Positions 49,548 to 63,883 of a stretch of 64,000 nt of DNA are shown here, piece by piece. Numbering within the stretch: the stretch's first letter is position 1; each line of letters opens with the position of its first letter. This DNA comes from Octopus sinensis. Its lineage: Eukaryota. The notes beneath the pieces are model-generated. The model did not search any database, was not told where the DNA came from, and saw nothing but the letters and a program-made list of their open reading frames with translations. The stretch covers positions 55,986,001 through 56,050,000 of the forward strand of contig NC_043005.1 of the NCBI RefSeq assembly GCF_006345805.1. Direction: 5' to 3'. The translations under genes were made by a program, and so were the position numbers.

Positions 49548-52500
49548 CATTATACACACACACGCATATATATATATATATATATTATATTATATTATTA
49601 TATATATGTATATGTATGTATGTGTGGTATTCTTGCTTGTGTTTTGCGCTCTCCATTGCTTGACAATTGGTGTTGGTTTGTTAACATCTCTGTAATTTAG
49701 TGTCTGGCAAAAGAGATCAATAGATTAATTACCAGATTTTAAAGAAAAGATATGTGCTGAGGTTGATTTGTTTGGCTAAAACCCCAAAGCAGTGCTCCAG
49801 CATGTCCACAGTCCAATGATAGAAACAAATAAAGATGAAATATAAAAGCTTCATTATAATGAAGATTGGCAGAAGGCCACAAATTTATAGAATAGCCAAC
49901 TGAATTAATCCTTTTCCATCAATATTTTTACAGTAATTATTTTATCAATGCTGGAGGTACTTGAACTTAAAATATAAATACTACTAGCGATAGTGTAACA
50001 AGTGTATATGTCACCTGGGTGAACCCTGCATTTAACTCCACCCCCTTTGCCATGCAAAACTCAGCAGGATATATATCAACCACAAAGCATTTTGTAATTT
50101 TGTCCTAAATGTCCATGTTTGTTTTCAGATTTTTAGTTAGCATTTGGTTCATATGTTCTGAGTAATATAAAAGCTTTCCTTTCATAAGTCTCAAGTTACT
50201 CTCGCGATTGCAGAAAAAAAAAATTGAAAATGTGTGTTGTATATGATGCATGGACATCAAGGAAACATATCCTGTATATCACATGATACACAAAACAGGC
50301 AAAAGGTTTAAGTGCCACTTCTTCCAACATTTCACCTAAGATGACTGGCGAGTTTAATTATGCTTATGGCCAGGTGAAAATTACAGCAAAGAAGTTAAGT
50401 CAAGAATTGACTAGGCCGAGGCTGCTTTTGGTGTGACCAAACATAAATTGTCAAAGAAACAACAATTAATTAGAAGTAACAAGTCTTAGAAGCATACTTA
50501 GAATTGTTTTCTTACTAATGGTTGTGTGTGGAGTGTGCGTCTTAGCAGTTAAGGTATTGGATAAAAAAATTGTGGCTTTGATTGCTGGACTCAGCAACGC
50601 ATCATGTTCTTGAGCAAAGCACTTCATTTCATGTTGCTCAGTCCACTCAGCTGGCAAAAATGTGTAATCCTGTGATGGACAAGTGTCCCCTCTAGTTAGG
50701 GAATATATACACCATGAAATCAGCCCTTATGAGTTGGTATGCTTTAAGAAGGTAACTTTACTTTTGTCAGGTGCATGATTTTGTGGTTAGGGTATTGGAT
50801 TCATGATTGTAAGATTGTGGTTTTGATTCCTGGACTGGGCGACGTGTGCTCTTGAGCAAAATGATTCATTTCATGTTGCTCCTGTCCACTCTGCTGGCAA
50901 ACATGAGTAATCCTCCAATGGACTGGTGTCCTGTCCAGGTGGGGAATTAATATACCATGGAAACTGGAAAACCAGACAGAAAAGACAGAGGTGCATGGTC
51001 ACTGACTCCTGAAGACTGTACATTAAGAAGTGACCAGCTGGTATTTCCAATCCATTATTCTATTTCTACCAACCTACCATCCTCATAACAATAGCAATAA
51101 TCCTTAACATAAACACTAGGACTCAAAGTTTGGAGAAGGGCATCGTACAGTTTTGGACAAACTGTGGTTTGAGGGGCTTTCTGAATGGCATGCCTAATGA
51201 AAAATTACCTTCAGTTTTTTTATTAATGCAGCCCAATATCTGATGAGCCATGTCTCATGTGGCCTGCTTCTTGGAAAGGGTTGCCCATTCTTCATATACT
51301 TGATCAAACCAGTCCCAGTTTTTCACCAGTACTTTGTTTTAGCAGCCCTGGAAGAATGGAAGACAAGGTTGACTTTGGCAGAATTTGAAATCTGCTCATA
51401 TAGAGGAATAACTAAATAGACAAATTATTGGTTTCAAATTTTGGCACAAGGCCAGCAAGTTTGGGGTTGTGGGCTTATCAATTACATCATCTCCAGTCCT
51501 CAACTGGTACTTACTTTATTGACCCCGAAAAGATAAAAGGCAAAGTCAACCTCAGTGGAATTTGAACTCAGAACATAAAGACAAACAGAAAGGCGACTAA
51601 GTATTTTGCTCGGCATGCCAGCTCACTGCCCTCTTCAGTAAATTATTGATACTTATTTTATTAACCCCACTAACCCACTTCGAGAAGGTGGTGGGGTGGA
51701 GGGAGAAAAATCCATTCAACATTAGATTTGAACTCAGAATGCTCAGAGACATCACCAAATAACAAGAAAGCCTTGGTCACTCTTCTATTTCTGCTGCTGA
51801 GATCATGTTTAATTAACATAGTTATAGAACAGGAAATTACAAACAAACTATATAATTGGTAATTATTGTTACTGCTTCTTTGGGATTGGAATACAGGAAC
51901 AAAATACTACGCAGCATTTTATCCAACACTAATTCACTGATCTTTGATTCTGTCCAAACCAAATCTAATTATCACAATAATTAAAATCAAACTTCCAAAA
52001 TTAGAAGAAGGGAGAAAAAAACCTATTAAAAATTGTAAGTAGGTGCATGGCTCTGTGGTAAGAAGCTTGCTTTCCAAACATGTGGTCTCAGATGCAGTCC
52101 CACCATGCAGCAACTTGGGCTGCTGTCTTCTACTATAGTTTTGAGCCAACCAAAAACTTACGAGTGGATTTGTCAGACAGAAATTGAAAGAAGCTCAGGC
52201 ATGGCAGTGTGGTAAGAAGCTTGCTTCCCAATCACATGGTTCTGAGTTCAATCCAACTGCATTGTACCTTGAGCAAGTATCTTCTACTATATCCTCAGGT
52301 TGATCAAAGCCTTGTGAATGGATCTGGTAGATGGAAACTGAAAAAAGCAGCTTGTCATATATATATATAAATATCATCATCACTGTTTAACACCCATTTT
52401 CCATACTGGCATGGGATGGATGGTTTGACTGAGGTCTGGAAATAAAGTGGCTGCACCAGGCTCCAGTCTGATCGGGCAATGTTTCTACAGCTGGATGTCT

Positions 52501-53023
52501 TTCCTAACACCAACCACTCCAAGAGTGTAGTGAATGCTTTTTACATGCCACCAGCACAGAAGCCAGTCAGAGGGTATGGCTTTGGCCATGTTCGGAGGGC
52601 GCTTTTTGTATGTCACCGACACCGAAGCCAGTCAGGCTGCCATAGCATGAATCATGTTCAGATAGTGCTTTTTACATGTCACTGGCACGAGAGCCAATCA
52701 GGAGGTACTGGCATCGGCCACATTCAGATGGTGCTTTTTACGTGCTACCAACATGGGAGCCAGTCAGGCACCATTAACACCATTGCATTAAATTACATAA
52801 AATAACAACACCATTAGAAATATGATAGGTGTTATACAATCCTAGTCACATGCACACATGCATATGCATGTGCGTGTTTCTGTGTGCATTATATATATCT
52901 CTATCTTTCTATCTATATATACTTATATGTATATACATGTGCATATGTATATACACGTGTGTGTGTGTGTATATATATACATACATAAATACATACATAC
53001 ATATACACACATATTTATATATA

Positions 53024-53054
<31 letters not shown>

Positions 53055-53104
53055 ATAATACATACATATATATATAAATGAATAATATATGTATGTATGT
53101 ATAG

Positions 53105-53838
53105 TTGAGGGAACCTGTGGAAGAAGTAGACCCAGGAAAACCTGGGACGAGGTGGTGAAGCACGACCTTCGAACTTTAGGTTTCACCAAGGAAATGACTA
53201 GTGACCGAGACCTATGGAAGTATGCTGTGCGTGAGAAGACCCGGCAAGACTAGTCAGGCCATAACCCGTGGCCCCTACCTAGGACGTAGTCAGTCCACCT
53301 GTGCATACCTTCCTTCTTGTGACACTTGTGAAGACCTGTTGAGGCAAGTGAAAATCAAACCAAATCAAAATAGATGAACATCAATGGAATTTGTATCTTT
53401 GTGGTACCAGTGCCGGTGGCACACAAGAAAACCATCCGAACGTGGCCGTAGCCAGTACCGCATCGACTGGCCTCCGTGCTGTGGGCACGTAACAAACACC
53501 ATCCGATCGTGGCCGTTCGCCAGCCTCATCTGGCACATAAAAAACACCATCCAAGCGTGGCCGTCTGCCAGCCTCATCTGGCACCTGTGTCGGTGGCACA
53601 TAAAAAACACCATCCGAGCGTGGCCGTTCGCCAGCCTCATCTGGCACCTGTGTGGGTGGCACATAAAATCACCCACTACACTCTCGGAGTGGTTGGCGTT
53701 AGGAAGGGCATCGAGCTGTAGAAACACTGCCAGATTTGACTGGCCTGGTGCAGCCTTCGGGCTCCCCAGACCCCAGTTGAACCGTCCAACCCATGCTAGC
53801 ATGGAAAGCGGACGTTAAATGATGATGATGATGATGAT
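53105..53838 (+). mobile_element. 5'-truncated RTE LINE: ORF2 C-terminus plus full 3' UTR
   Basis: VEGTCGRSRPRKTWDEVVKHDLRTLGFTKEMTSDRDLWKYAVREKTRQD*, then the tandem-unit UTR and (GAT)n tail. Confidence 0.9.
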
Positions 53839-54109
53839 ATAGGTACAGGACGTCACCAACTGTAAACAACTTGAAGTACAAAATAATCGAGTTAAATAAG
53901 CAAATAGCAAGAGAAAAAAAACTGAAAACAGGACAAGTAACACAAAGAACGACCCTTCATCAGTTGCTGGCTGTCTATCAACTCCTCATTTCAAGCATTC
54001 AATGACAATATGAGTCTCCAATGACAATTGCTCCCATAACTTCCAAAACAAATTTTGGATTTTATGGAGGGTCAAAGTTGGGACAGGTCTTTTCAAGTTC
54101 AGTATTTTG

Positions 54110-54700
54110 CTAAAGGTCTCAGTTACCTGTCACTGCTTCTGTGAAGCTCAACACTCAAATGGTGGCTTTTACATGTACCAGTATGGGTGCCACTCACACA
54201 GTACTAGCATCAGCCCCAACTACAATTTCACTTGGCTTGGCAGATCTTCTCCAGTAGAACATATCACCCAATATTCAAATGGTGCTTTTTACATGCCAGT
54301 TAAGCAACGCTGGCATCGGCCACAACTATGCTCTCACTTGGCTTGACGGGTCTTCTGAAGCATAGCATATCACCAAAGGTTTTGGTCACTTTTCATTGCC
54401 TCTGTGAGGCCCAACATTCGGAGATCATGCTTCACCACCTCGTCCCATGTCTTCTTGGGTCTACCTCTCCTACAAGTTACCTCCACTGTTAGAGTGTGGC
54501 ACTTCTTTACACAGCTGTTCTCATCCATATGCATCACATGACCATACCAGCGCAGTTGTCTCTCTTGCACACCACATCTGATTCTTCTTTTGTCCAACTT
54601 TTCTCTCAGGACACTTACACTCTGTCATGCATGCACACTGACATTACACATCCAGTGAAGCATACTAGCTTCATTTCTTTCAAACCTATGCATGTCCTCA
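54110..54700 (-). mobile_element. RTE LINE 3' fragment
   Basis: ERNEASMLHWMCNV...ERQLRWYGHVMHM...GRPKKTWDEVVKHDLRMLGLTEAM. Confidence 0.9.
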
Positions 54701-54974
54701 GTGGTAATAAAAGAGTATATACGTGTATATATACATACACACACAAGCATACACACATGTATATACCTATGTGTGTCCTCCCACCACCTCTTGACAACTG
54801 GTGTTGGTTTGTTTACATTCGTAACTTAGCAATTCAGCAAAATCAACCAACAGAATAAGTAGAAGGTTTTAAAAATAACCAGTGGTATTCAATTCGTTCG
54901 ACCAAATCCTTCAAGGTGGTGCCCCAGCATGACCACAGTCAAACGACTTGAAACAAGTAGAAGAGGAGACGGAT

Positions 54975-55682
54975 GATAATTTCTTGTGCTTCTTGACATC
55001 CGTAGATTGCGCTAGCGTGCGTTGAGAACTGATAGTGTCGACCTCTAGCGAGATCTCCCCCCCTTCGTTCTTATAGTGTGTGTGAGAAGCGAAGTAATAA
55101 CATAAGAAGAAGAGGAGGAGGAGAAGACGGACGATGCGAGCAGACAGCAGCGTGTCTCACGTTAAACTATATATATATATATATATATATTTCTTGAGCG
55201 TCAAAAACTCCTCATTTGCCGTCCAACTATTGAGATAGTGGAGGAGAGAGAGAGCTAAAATATTCGTTTACAATTTGAAGCAGCAGTCATAGATTGAGCT
55301 GTAGTTGTTGTAGTAGTGGAAAGGAAAGTACAGCTGAAATCAGCTGAAAAATCCTAGCAGTTTGCTCCATCAAGTTTTGTTTGTTGTTTGATGACACATA
55401 GTCTCTCATTCACTCACAGACTCTGTAAACGTTTACATCGGCTGCTGGATCCTACCGTTACAGTCGACTGAACTCTTGTTGTATTTTGAGCCCGTGGGAA
55501 TTATAAACCCAAAGTAAGGGGTGTGGAAAAACAAACCTTTTTGTCACATAATCGCGAGAATATACATTAAATAATAACAACAATATTAACAAAAAATATT
55601 ACAAAAAAAGGAGAATTTCTATAATTGACTGACAGTTTCCGTAGATGATGTGACAAGATTGTCTTCCTATGTCACAGCAAAG
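54975..55682 (+). promoter_or_regulatory. CpG-rich probable promoter and first exon
   Basis: Roughly 25 CpGs in about 600 bp against a CpG-poor background. Unique sequence ending in a consensus donor AAG|gtaagt at 55682/55683. Confidence 0.6.
55669..55682 (+). CDS. Possible first coding bases ATG TCA CAG CAA AG (MSQQ-R/S)
   Basis: In-frame ATG 14 nt before the donor. A phase-compatible candidate exon starts at 58312 (tttcttttacaacag|A TCT AAT..., SNYILSISDAFEIRRYERPIL). Confidence 0.35.
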
Positions 55683-55709
55683 GTAAGTTGTTTACCTTAA
55701 TAAAATATG

Positions 55710-55768
<59 letters not shown>

Positions 55769-58141
55769 GGACTATATATATATATATATATATGTGTGTA
55801 TGTATATGTATCTATGTATACACTCACACACAAAACATCCAGAGAGAGTGAGTGTGTACAAACGTTTGTTGATAAACCGGCTGACAGAGCTAATAACGTG
55901 TTACAAGATCCAACATTTTACCCATGTTCTAAGCATTTAGTTTTGGGCCTTTCGTTTTTCTGTTACTGTTACTTTTCACATAATCTGAAAAAAAAAAAAA
56001 AAAAAGCGAAGGGGCGTTAACGCCCCCACCAAATAATTTAGCATACCCATCCATATAGATCTGTTTGCTTAATTTGTCTGTCATAATTTATCTGTCTATA
56101 TGTCTAGCTGTCGTATCTATCTATCTATCTATCTGCTTGTCCTTTTTTTACTCGTTCCATGTTGGGCCACTGTCTTGAAGGGAATAAGTCTGCTACATAG
56201 ATCCCACTATGCTCCTATTTGTCAAACCTCTAAGATATAAGCTATAAAGGGACATACAGTGTATATACACATGTATTTGTAAATGTAAGGTCTTTGAGTA
56301 ATTGTCATTTAACTTAATGAAGTGCAGTAAATGTTAAAACACATTTGGAGTCTTTTACTTGTTTCAGTCATTAGACTGCTGCCTTGCCGGGGCATCGCCT
56401 TTAAGAATTTTGGTCGAACGAGCCGATTCCCAGTACTTACTTTTTTAAAAACCTGGTACTTATTCTATCAGTCTCTTACTACAAAATGTTTTTTTTTTTT
56501 AGGAAGAGATTTAGAAATGATAACTTTTATTTTCTGTAATTAAAACTTTTATTCTATAATTTCATCATACCCCTAATGCAGTTGTGTATTTAACTATCTG
56601 CACTTGTTTAGGTTTGGTGTTCGAAACTTCAGTTACTGTACCACGTTGTTATTTGTTTAAGCGCACTCCTAATTGAAAAGAACTATGATGGAAGGCGTTC
56701 CGGCTGTGACCATTCCACCTTGTTTTGTATATCCATGACCACATTCAATGTGTCCTAAGAAGGTAGGGGGTGATTTGAGGTAGATATGGATGCTATATGA
56801 GGTTCCTTGTTTGGCTCGCTTCAGACTGTTCGGGCAAGCGTTTAAAGAAAAGTTGCTGACGAGCCTATAATCGCGTCTAGGCATTCTTTTTGCGAAATAA
56901 ACCATTTCACTTACATCACTATTCATGCCTTTGAGAAAGGCATGAATATCGTGATGTCTCATTTTCCTTTGGTCTCTGTATCTATTAGGATTATTAAATC
57001 TTACGTTAAACACCATGTACATCCTAATTCTTGAAATGACACGGACGTGATCCCCCTGGGATCGTTAAACTAAGTACTTGTAAAATAAAAATTAAAAAGA
57101 ACAACATATTGATGTGAGATCTGTGGCCATGTGCCTAAGCTAGAGACCAATATTATTATAATTGCTGGCTTCTTCCCTCAAGAGGAAGCTGACACATCTA
57201 ACGGCCAGTCAGAATAGATTACTAATGCTTCGTCAAATAAGTCTCAGATGGAGTGGACAGCAACCTTCATCCATCCGACGAGGATAACCTTTACGAGGTT
57301 GCTCCTTATGCTAGAAATAACAGTAAAATCACACCCCTTCCATTTAAGTAAAGAAAGGATAATGTTGCAATGGATTAAAAAAAAAAGAAACGGAGACGAG
57401 CTGGTCACGCTTGGAAACGTCTCTGATTACAGGTCTGCCTCAAGCGAAGCAAATCAACAATCACCGCCTCTTGTCACAATGTTTATTTATATAGTTTACT
57501 ACAACTTGTGATGACATTTTATGTATTGATGACTAAATGTCATACGCACACATCAGAGTATATGTGTGTGTGTGTGTGTAATGTTTAGGTATTATTTACA
57601 CGGCCGGTTAACTAATATTATGTATAAATTGAATGTGTGTATATGGGTTATATACAAATATATACATGTTTTGTGCGTATGTATGTATAGCGTGTCGTAT
57701 GACGGATATATATAGGTTTAAGATAGATTGATAGATAGATAGATAGATAGAGAGCTTGTCACTCTATATGCCGTGATGTATACGTTTTAAATTACCATGT
57801 CTCTCTTATACATCGGTGTTTACGTTGTCTCTGTATACACACTGATGTGAATAGTTACATATACCATTTCTCTCAGCATCCACCGGTGTAGACTGATTCT
57901 TTTATACCGTGTTTCTGTGTGTTGATGAGTTCTGTTTTTCTGTGCCCAGATGCGAACTGGCTTAAAAACACACATGCATATATATATTTAGCTTGTATCT
58001 ATAAACAATATATTGTATGAATTATATGTCTCGATTTTGTTTCATCATATACACACCGGTGTCGACGGTTTCAATGTTTCATATTTTAAAGCTTATATGT
58101 TAGGGTTATATATACTTAAGACACTGTTTTATGTATGTATG

Positions 58142-58207
<66 letters not shown>

Positions 58208-59055
58208 GCAATATCTGTACCTCGTGTATGTTATACTACAGTATTTATAGCTTGTCGCTTTGTATATGCATCATTAGAGGTGCAACCCCCTAAAGATTTC
58301 TTTTACAACAGATCTAATTATATCCTCAGTATTTCGGATGCATTTGAAATTAGAAGATATGAACGACCAATTTTAGAGTACATGCGCGTGTGTTTGAGTG
58401 TAATGGGTCCTTTTGCTATATTCATTTATATTTTAAGTAGACGAAATCTGTAACATATTTTCACTTGTTTCTCACATGTGTTTTAGAATCTTCTATCCCA
58501 TCTCTCTATTGTTCGAGTTTAGTTTATTTTGAGTTTCTTACCCAACCATATGTGTATGTGTCAACAAACATACACACATGCATACTGTATACGCACACCC
58601 CCAGAAATGTATATTTTGGCAGTTTCTCATAGACTGCTGCTGTGAGGATTGAAAAAAAGGGCGAATAAATGCCATTCAAAATAAAATTAAGTTGGCTTTA
58701 AACTTTTCAAACTTGCCAGACACTTATGGCAAAAAATGAGTTATCTGAATGCAAATTTTTGTTTTGTCTTAATGCAGAGGCAAAAAGATTTCGCTTACAC
58801 ACACACACACATACATATACGTACGTGCGTGTGTGTATGTTGGTTTATTTACGTCCACGGTACTTAGCGGAAATCAAAAATAAACAGATAGAATAAGCAC
58901 TAGGGTCTATTTGTTTGACTAACGCCTTCAAGGTAGTGCCCTAGCATGGCCACAGGCGAATGATCGAAACTTGTAAAATGTAATGTGTGAATGTGTATAT
59001 ATAGATACAGAGAGAGAGAGAGAGAGATTATATATTTATATATGTGTGCGTGCGC

Positions 59056-59091
<36 letters not shown>

Positions 59092-59554
59092 AATCCAAAC
59101 GGGAAACAAAAAAACAACAACAATGGAACAATTACAGTATTATTATTAATAGGCGCTCAGGAAAAGGAAGCAGGGATTTAATGACATGTATGTATATGAT
59201 AATATATACACACACACACATATATATATGCACACACATAAATATGTATGTATATACATGAATGCATATATATATTGACATGAAACCTAAAATAATCCCA
59301 TAAACCAGCCCAGCCTTATCTAACTTGAATATAGATAGATAGATAGATACATTCATATGCATATTAATATCTATTTATTCTGATATACATATACCAACAT
59401 ATATACAATTATGTACACACATACATTTATAATTATGAACATATGCACATATATGCAGAAATAAGTCTCTCTACTCGCTGCATAGGAATGGCAACCAAAT
59501 CTCTCAAATCACAGAACTATCATTGCAAGCAAAATGCTTCAATCAGAGCTACAT

Positions 59555-60105
59555 TACACAGTGTGGTCATAGGTGAACTGTAGTACATGGACATAAAGAA
59601 GCCAACATGCACACATACATTATCACTTGAAGATCACACCCCTTCAAACGCCCCTTCAAAGTTGTAACTGTTAACACCCAGAAACTTGCCCACTTACCAG
59701 GTATGCATGATCAACTCAGTGCTTTATGAAGCCAAAGTCACAGCAGTGCTCCAAAAGGATTAGTCAAAAGAAAAATTACATTGGTATATGTAAAGGTAAT
59801 TTTAAAAGAAGATATGCAAGCTACCAGTCTTCTTTCTGACATGTGAATGAGTAGAAAGTCACATAGTTAGCTAGCCATATCTGGGATTTGAAGGCCAACT
59901 GTACCCCACAGACCATCAAGTGGAGTATTGTGGTGTGATCCATACCAGACATAAACGGATCAGAGATGCAGGCTTTGTTTAGCTATAAAATCTCATATTC
60001 CACTGAGACCTAAGAACTCCATGGACCTACTAAATTCCAGACCTGAAATTTTTATGAAATGTAAACATATGGATAAATTTCTTTTGTTGAACTGGAGTAC
60101 ACCAC
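59555..60105 (+). mobile_element. Penelope-like element GIY-YIG endonuclease remnant
   Basis: Frameshifted CNC..PETCPL...SVLYEAKV...NYIGICKGNFKRRY...LASHIWDLK...IKWSIV...RCRLCLAIK...LLNSRPEIFMKCKHMDKFLL. Confidence 0.85.
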
Positions 60106-61596
60106 CCTCTCCAAATTAGGCATGCAGTATCACAGACATTGACCCTTTTCCCCTTTGAATTACTTTACACCTATTACATTGATTCTTATTCAAACAAGCA
60201 GAAAGGGCATAACTCTTAATTGTCTCTTTGAATTCCATTTTTTTCCTTATTTTTCATTCTACTTTTTGTTTTCACCTTCCTCTCATCTTGTTTTGTGTTT
60301 TCTCAAAGACCAGCATCCTTATTTTTTCAAAAACCACAAGCAATATTGTGTGTTTGAGTCTGAAAGATTACTTAGAAATACAAAGTATGCTATACAAGCT
60401 CATCAGTTTGTGTTTCCACTGCATGAAACTAACAGTATCTTGGGTTTGAATACTGTGTATATTAAATGATATTTATATCTCGCTGGATGGAGTACTTCTT
60501 TTTTGTGGATATCATCAATAACAGTAAATTATATGTACATGTCTGTGAGGTGTTTATGTGTAACTCCCCCCCCCCTGCCACACAATATATATTTGCATAT
60601 ATGTATCTACATGTATTTATGTATGTGTATGTATGGTTACATGTACACATATGTATGTATACATTTGTGTATGTATTCATGCATGTATGTGTGTATAATG
60701 TATACATACACGTATGTATATAATATATATTTATGTATGTATCTCCTTTTTTATGTGATGACTTTTTTTATGTGCCACCGACACTCGTCTGGCACCTGTG
60801 TCGGTGGCACATAAAATCACCCACTACACTCTTGGAGTGGTTGGCATTAGGAAGGGCATCCAGCTGTAGAAACACTGCCAGATCTGACTGGCCTGGTGCA
60901 GCCTTTGAGCTCCCCAGACCCCAGTTGAACCGTCCAACCCATGCTAGCATGGAAAGCGGACGTTAAACGATGATGATGATGATCTCTGTATCCTTACTTT
61001 CTTGAGCTCTCAACTTTTGATTGATTCACAAGGTGTTGCTGTGACATACTGCATATGTTAGGCATCAAAACCTAGCTCCTCTTAGATTTTGAGCACAGCC
61101 AGTTTCTTGAAGAGAAAGAGATAATGTTTGAAGAATTGACCCCTGTACTGGATTAGTTCTTAATGATGAATCCCACCGGAATGAAAGGCAGATTTGATCT
61201 CAGCAGGGTTTGAACTTAGAGCACAAAGTGTCAGAATGAAAGGCAATTTAATTGATGCACTGACTAATTTACCATTGTGGTACCTCACTGTGTGTGTGTA
61301 TAAACTGCATGTGTGTATACAAATTGTCTATAGAATATGTTTGTGTATGTCTATATTTGTGTGTGTGTGTGTATCTGCAGATATACATTTGTACATCTCT
61401 CTTTCTCTATCCGTATATATGTGTTTGTGTATATGTATATATCTGTGCATAAATCTATCTATTTGTGCACATGCATGCATGTGTGTAAGTGCACATCTGT
61501 TTATTTGTTTATATGGATGTGTGTGTGTTGGTGTGTGCATATGCTGGTGTAATTAAAATATTAGTTTTCTCTGTCTTTGTATTGCTTTTAAGTCTA

Positions 61597-61634
<38 letters not shown>

Positions 61635-62344
61635 ATGTATATATGTTTGATGTATAAGTATGTATGCATAACATTATATATGTGTGTGTGTGTACCTCAA
61701 TACCAGCCCAGTTACTTAATCAATATTTCTCTCCCTATGTGGGGCGCCTACTAAAGCGACTACTATCCCCCCACTTCACTGCATTACACTTCCTGAACAT
61801 CCCTAAATAGTTGCTTATTTATGTTTATAAAGACAGCAATTAAAAACATTTGCTTTCCTCCCATCCCATGCCCTTTCATTTTCTATCAACAGCAGACTAC
61901 TTTGAGCAGGGAGTACTTCTTAGAAGCGATTCCAAGACAGCATTTCCATTAAATTGTTTGTGCTTGTATGGCAGGCTGTATATACTACATTGATCTGTAA
62001 GAAATGGCAGCCAAATTTCTTTCAAATTACACCTCCCAGTCCAAAATTTAGAAAAGATTTGAGCAATGTAGTCCTTGACATTCAACATCATATATGGTAG
62101 AATGGTTATGGGTAGCAATAAACATCACTATTAATGACAGCGATATTTTTATTATTTTTTATTAAATCATCATGCATCAAATGTTTCAACCAAGTCATCT
62201 TTATACATATTTATTTATAGTGAATTAAATAATAGATTATTTGTTAATCTGCATTGTCTGTTCTCAGAAAGATATCCTTTGGGTGGGTTTTTTTTCCCCT
62301 ATTTTATGTAAAAATACATACATGCATACACACATTCATATATA

Positions 62345-63080
62345 AATAATGATAATAATAATAATCCTTTCTGCTGTAGGCTCAAGGCCTGAAATTTAAG
62401 GGAGGGGAATAGTTGACTACATCGACCCCAGTGTTTCACTAGTACTTAATTTATCGACCCCGAAAGAATGAAAGGCAAAGTCAACCTCGGTGGAATTTGA
62501 ACTCAGAACACGAAGACAGATGAAATGCTAAGCATTTTGCCCGGCATACTAACAATTCTGCCAGCATGTGGCCTTAATAGTAATAATAATAGTTTCAAAT
62601 TTTGCCACAGTTTTCAACTGGTCCTTAATTTATCAACTCTGAAAGGATGACTTAATAATAATAATAATAATAATAATAATCCTTTCTACAATAGGCACAA
62701 GGCCTGAAATTCGGGGAAGGGGTATAGTCAATTACATGAACCCCTAGTACTCAACTGGTACTTATTCTGTCAACCCTGGCAGCATTTGAACTTACAGACT
62801 TACAGACGAAATCCCACTAAGCATTCTACTCCTGGGAGTCACTAATTTTGCTAGCTCGCCACCCTAATAATAATAAGTTTCAAATTTTGGCACGAGGCCA
62901 GCAATTTCAGGGGGGGGGAATCAATTAGACCAACCCCAGTGATCAATTGATACATATTTTATCGATGTCAAAAGGATGTAAGGCAAAGTTGACCTCAGTA
63001 GAATTTGAACTCAGAATGTAAAGATGAATGAAATGCCTGCTAAACATTTACTCAGTGTGCTATTCTGTCTGCTCACCACC
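62345..63080 (-). mobile_element. Cluster of three S2-variant SINEs with (TAA)n tails
   Basis: Repeated 'cctttct....taggc.caaggcctgaaat...gacccc....act.gtacttaattt' blocks at about 62345, 62680 and 62875. The same variant occurs at about 1700, 11030, 23045 and 51420. Confidence 0.8.
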
Positions 63081-63097
63081 CAAATAATAATACTAAT

Positions 63098-63145
<48 letters not shown>

Positions 63146-63279
63146 CGTTCTTGTCCCATTTTGTATTTATATATATATATATATAAGAAGATTAATAATT
63201 ATATATATGTATTTTTTTTATATTACAATAGCTGATTCTTCACATCTAGTTATTTAAATTTCCTGTTTTGATTTGTTGG

Positions 63280-63310
<31 letters not shown>

Positions 63311-63883
63311 CACACACACAGAGGGAGAGAGAGATATAAATATTTATGTATGCATATATTATCCCATCTTTTTGTGTGTGTATGTGTATGGCTTGTGTTC
63401 TTTGCTAATTAAGATGATAGAAAGTGGTTTGCGGGAAATTTTACTCCTATTTCTAGCAGGTCAAGTGTTTGCATAGAGGACTTCCCCTTTCCTTATTGGC
63501 TTGAAGTAAACTTGGTTGTTGTTGCTTAGCTGCAAATCAGCCACAATTGAACAGACCTAGAAAGAAGGACGGTCCTGTTGTGACTATCCTACCTTATTGT
63601 ATATCTGAGACAGGAAGTACATTATAGCCCTTGTTTAAGATGGTATGGTAATTTTAGGGAAATGTGGCTACTATTTCCAGCAGATTGAGTGGCCATGTAG
63701 ATGTTTTTTGTTGAATAATGGAACCATATTTTGATGTCACTACACAGATTAGGATACATATTGTTATGTAGTGATACAGCTTGCAGACTAGCTAATACCC
63801 TTGTCTACCAGAAAATAATTCACTCTCTCATCGTATTTCATTCCTTCAGTAAGGTGATTGGTGTCAATGGCATTGAGATTTAC

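Noticed and set aside
51238-51285. CTGATGA...GAAA on the + strand
   Set aside because: The hairpin is not adjacent to GAAA. It lies in a hAT-like MITE remnant.
53951-53997. Minus-strand GAAA...CTGATGA (type II-like order)
   Set aside because: Helix I cannot form next to a valid NUH site. At best a decayed relic.
56669-57022. 117-aa minus-strand ORF, and CTGACGA...GAAA at about 56855-56900
   Set aside because: The ORF has no recognisable motif and overlaps a repeat tail. The ribozyme-like motif has only 2-bp helix II closure and a broken helix I.
61891-61990. Good + acceptor (ttttctatcaacagcag) as exon 2 of the 55.7-kb gene
   Set aside because: The phase required by the MSQQ exon leads to an immediate stop.
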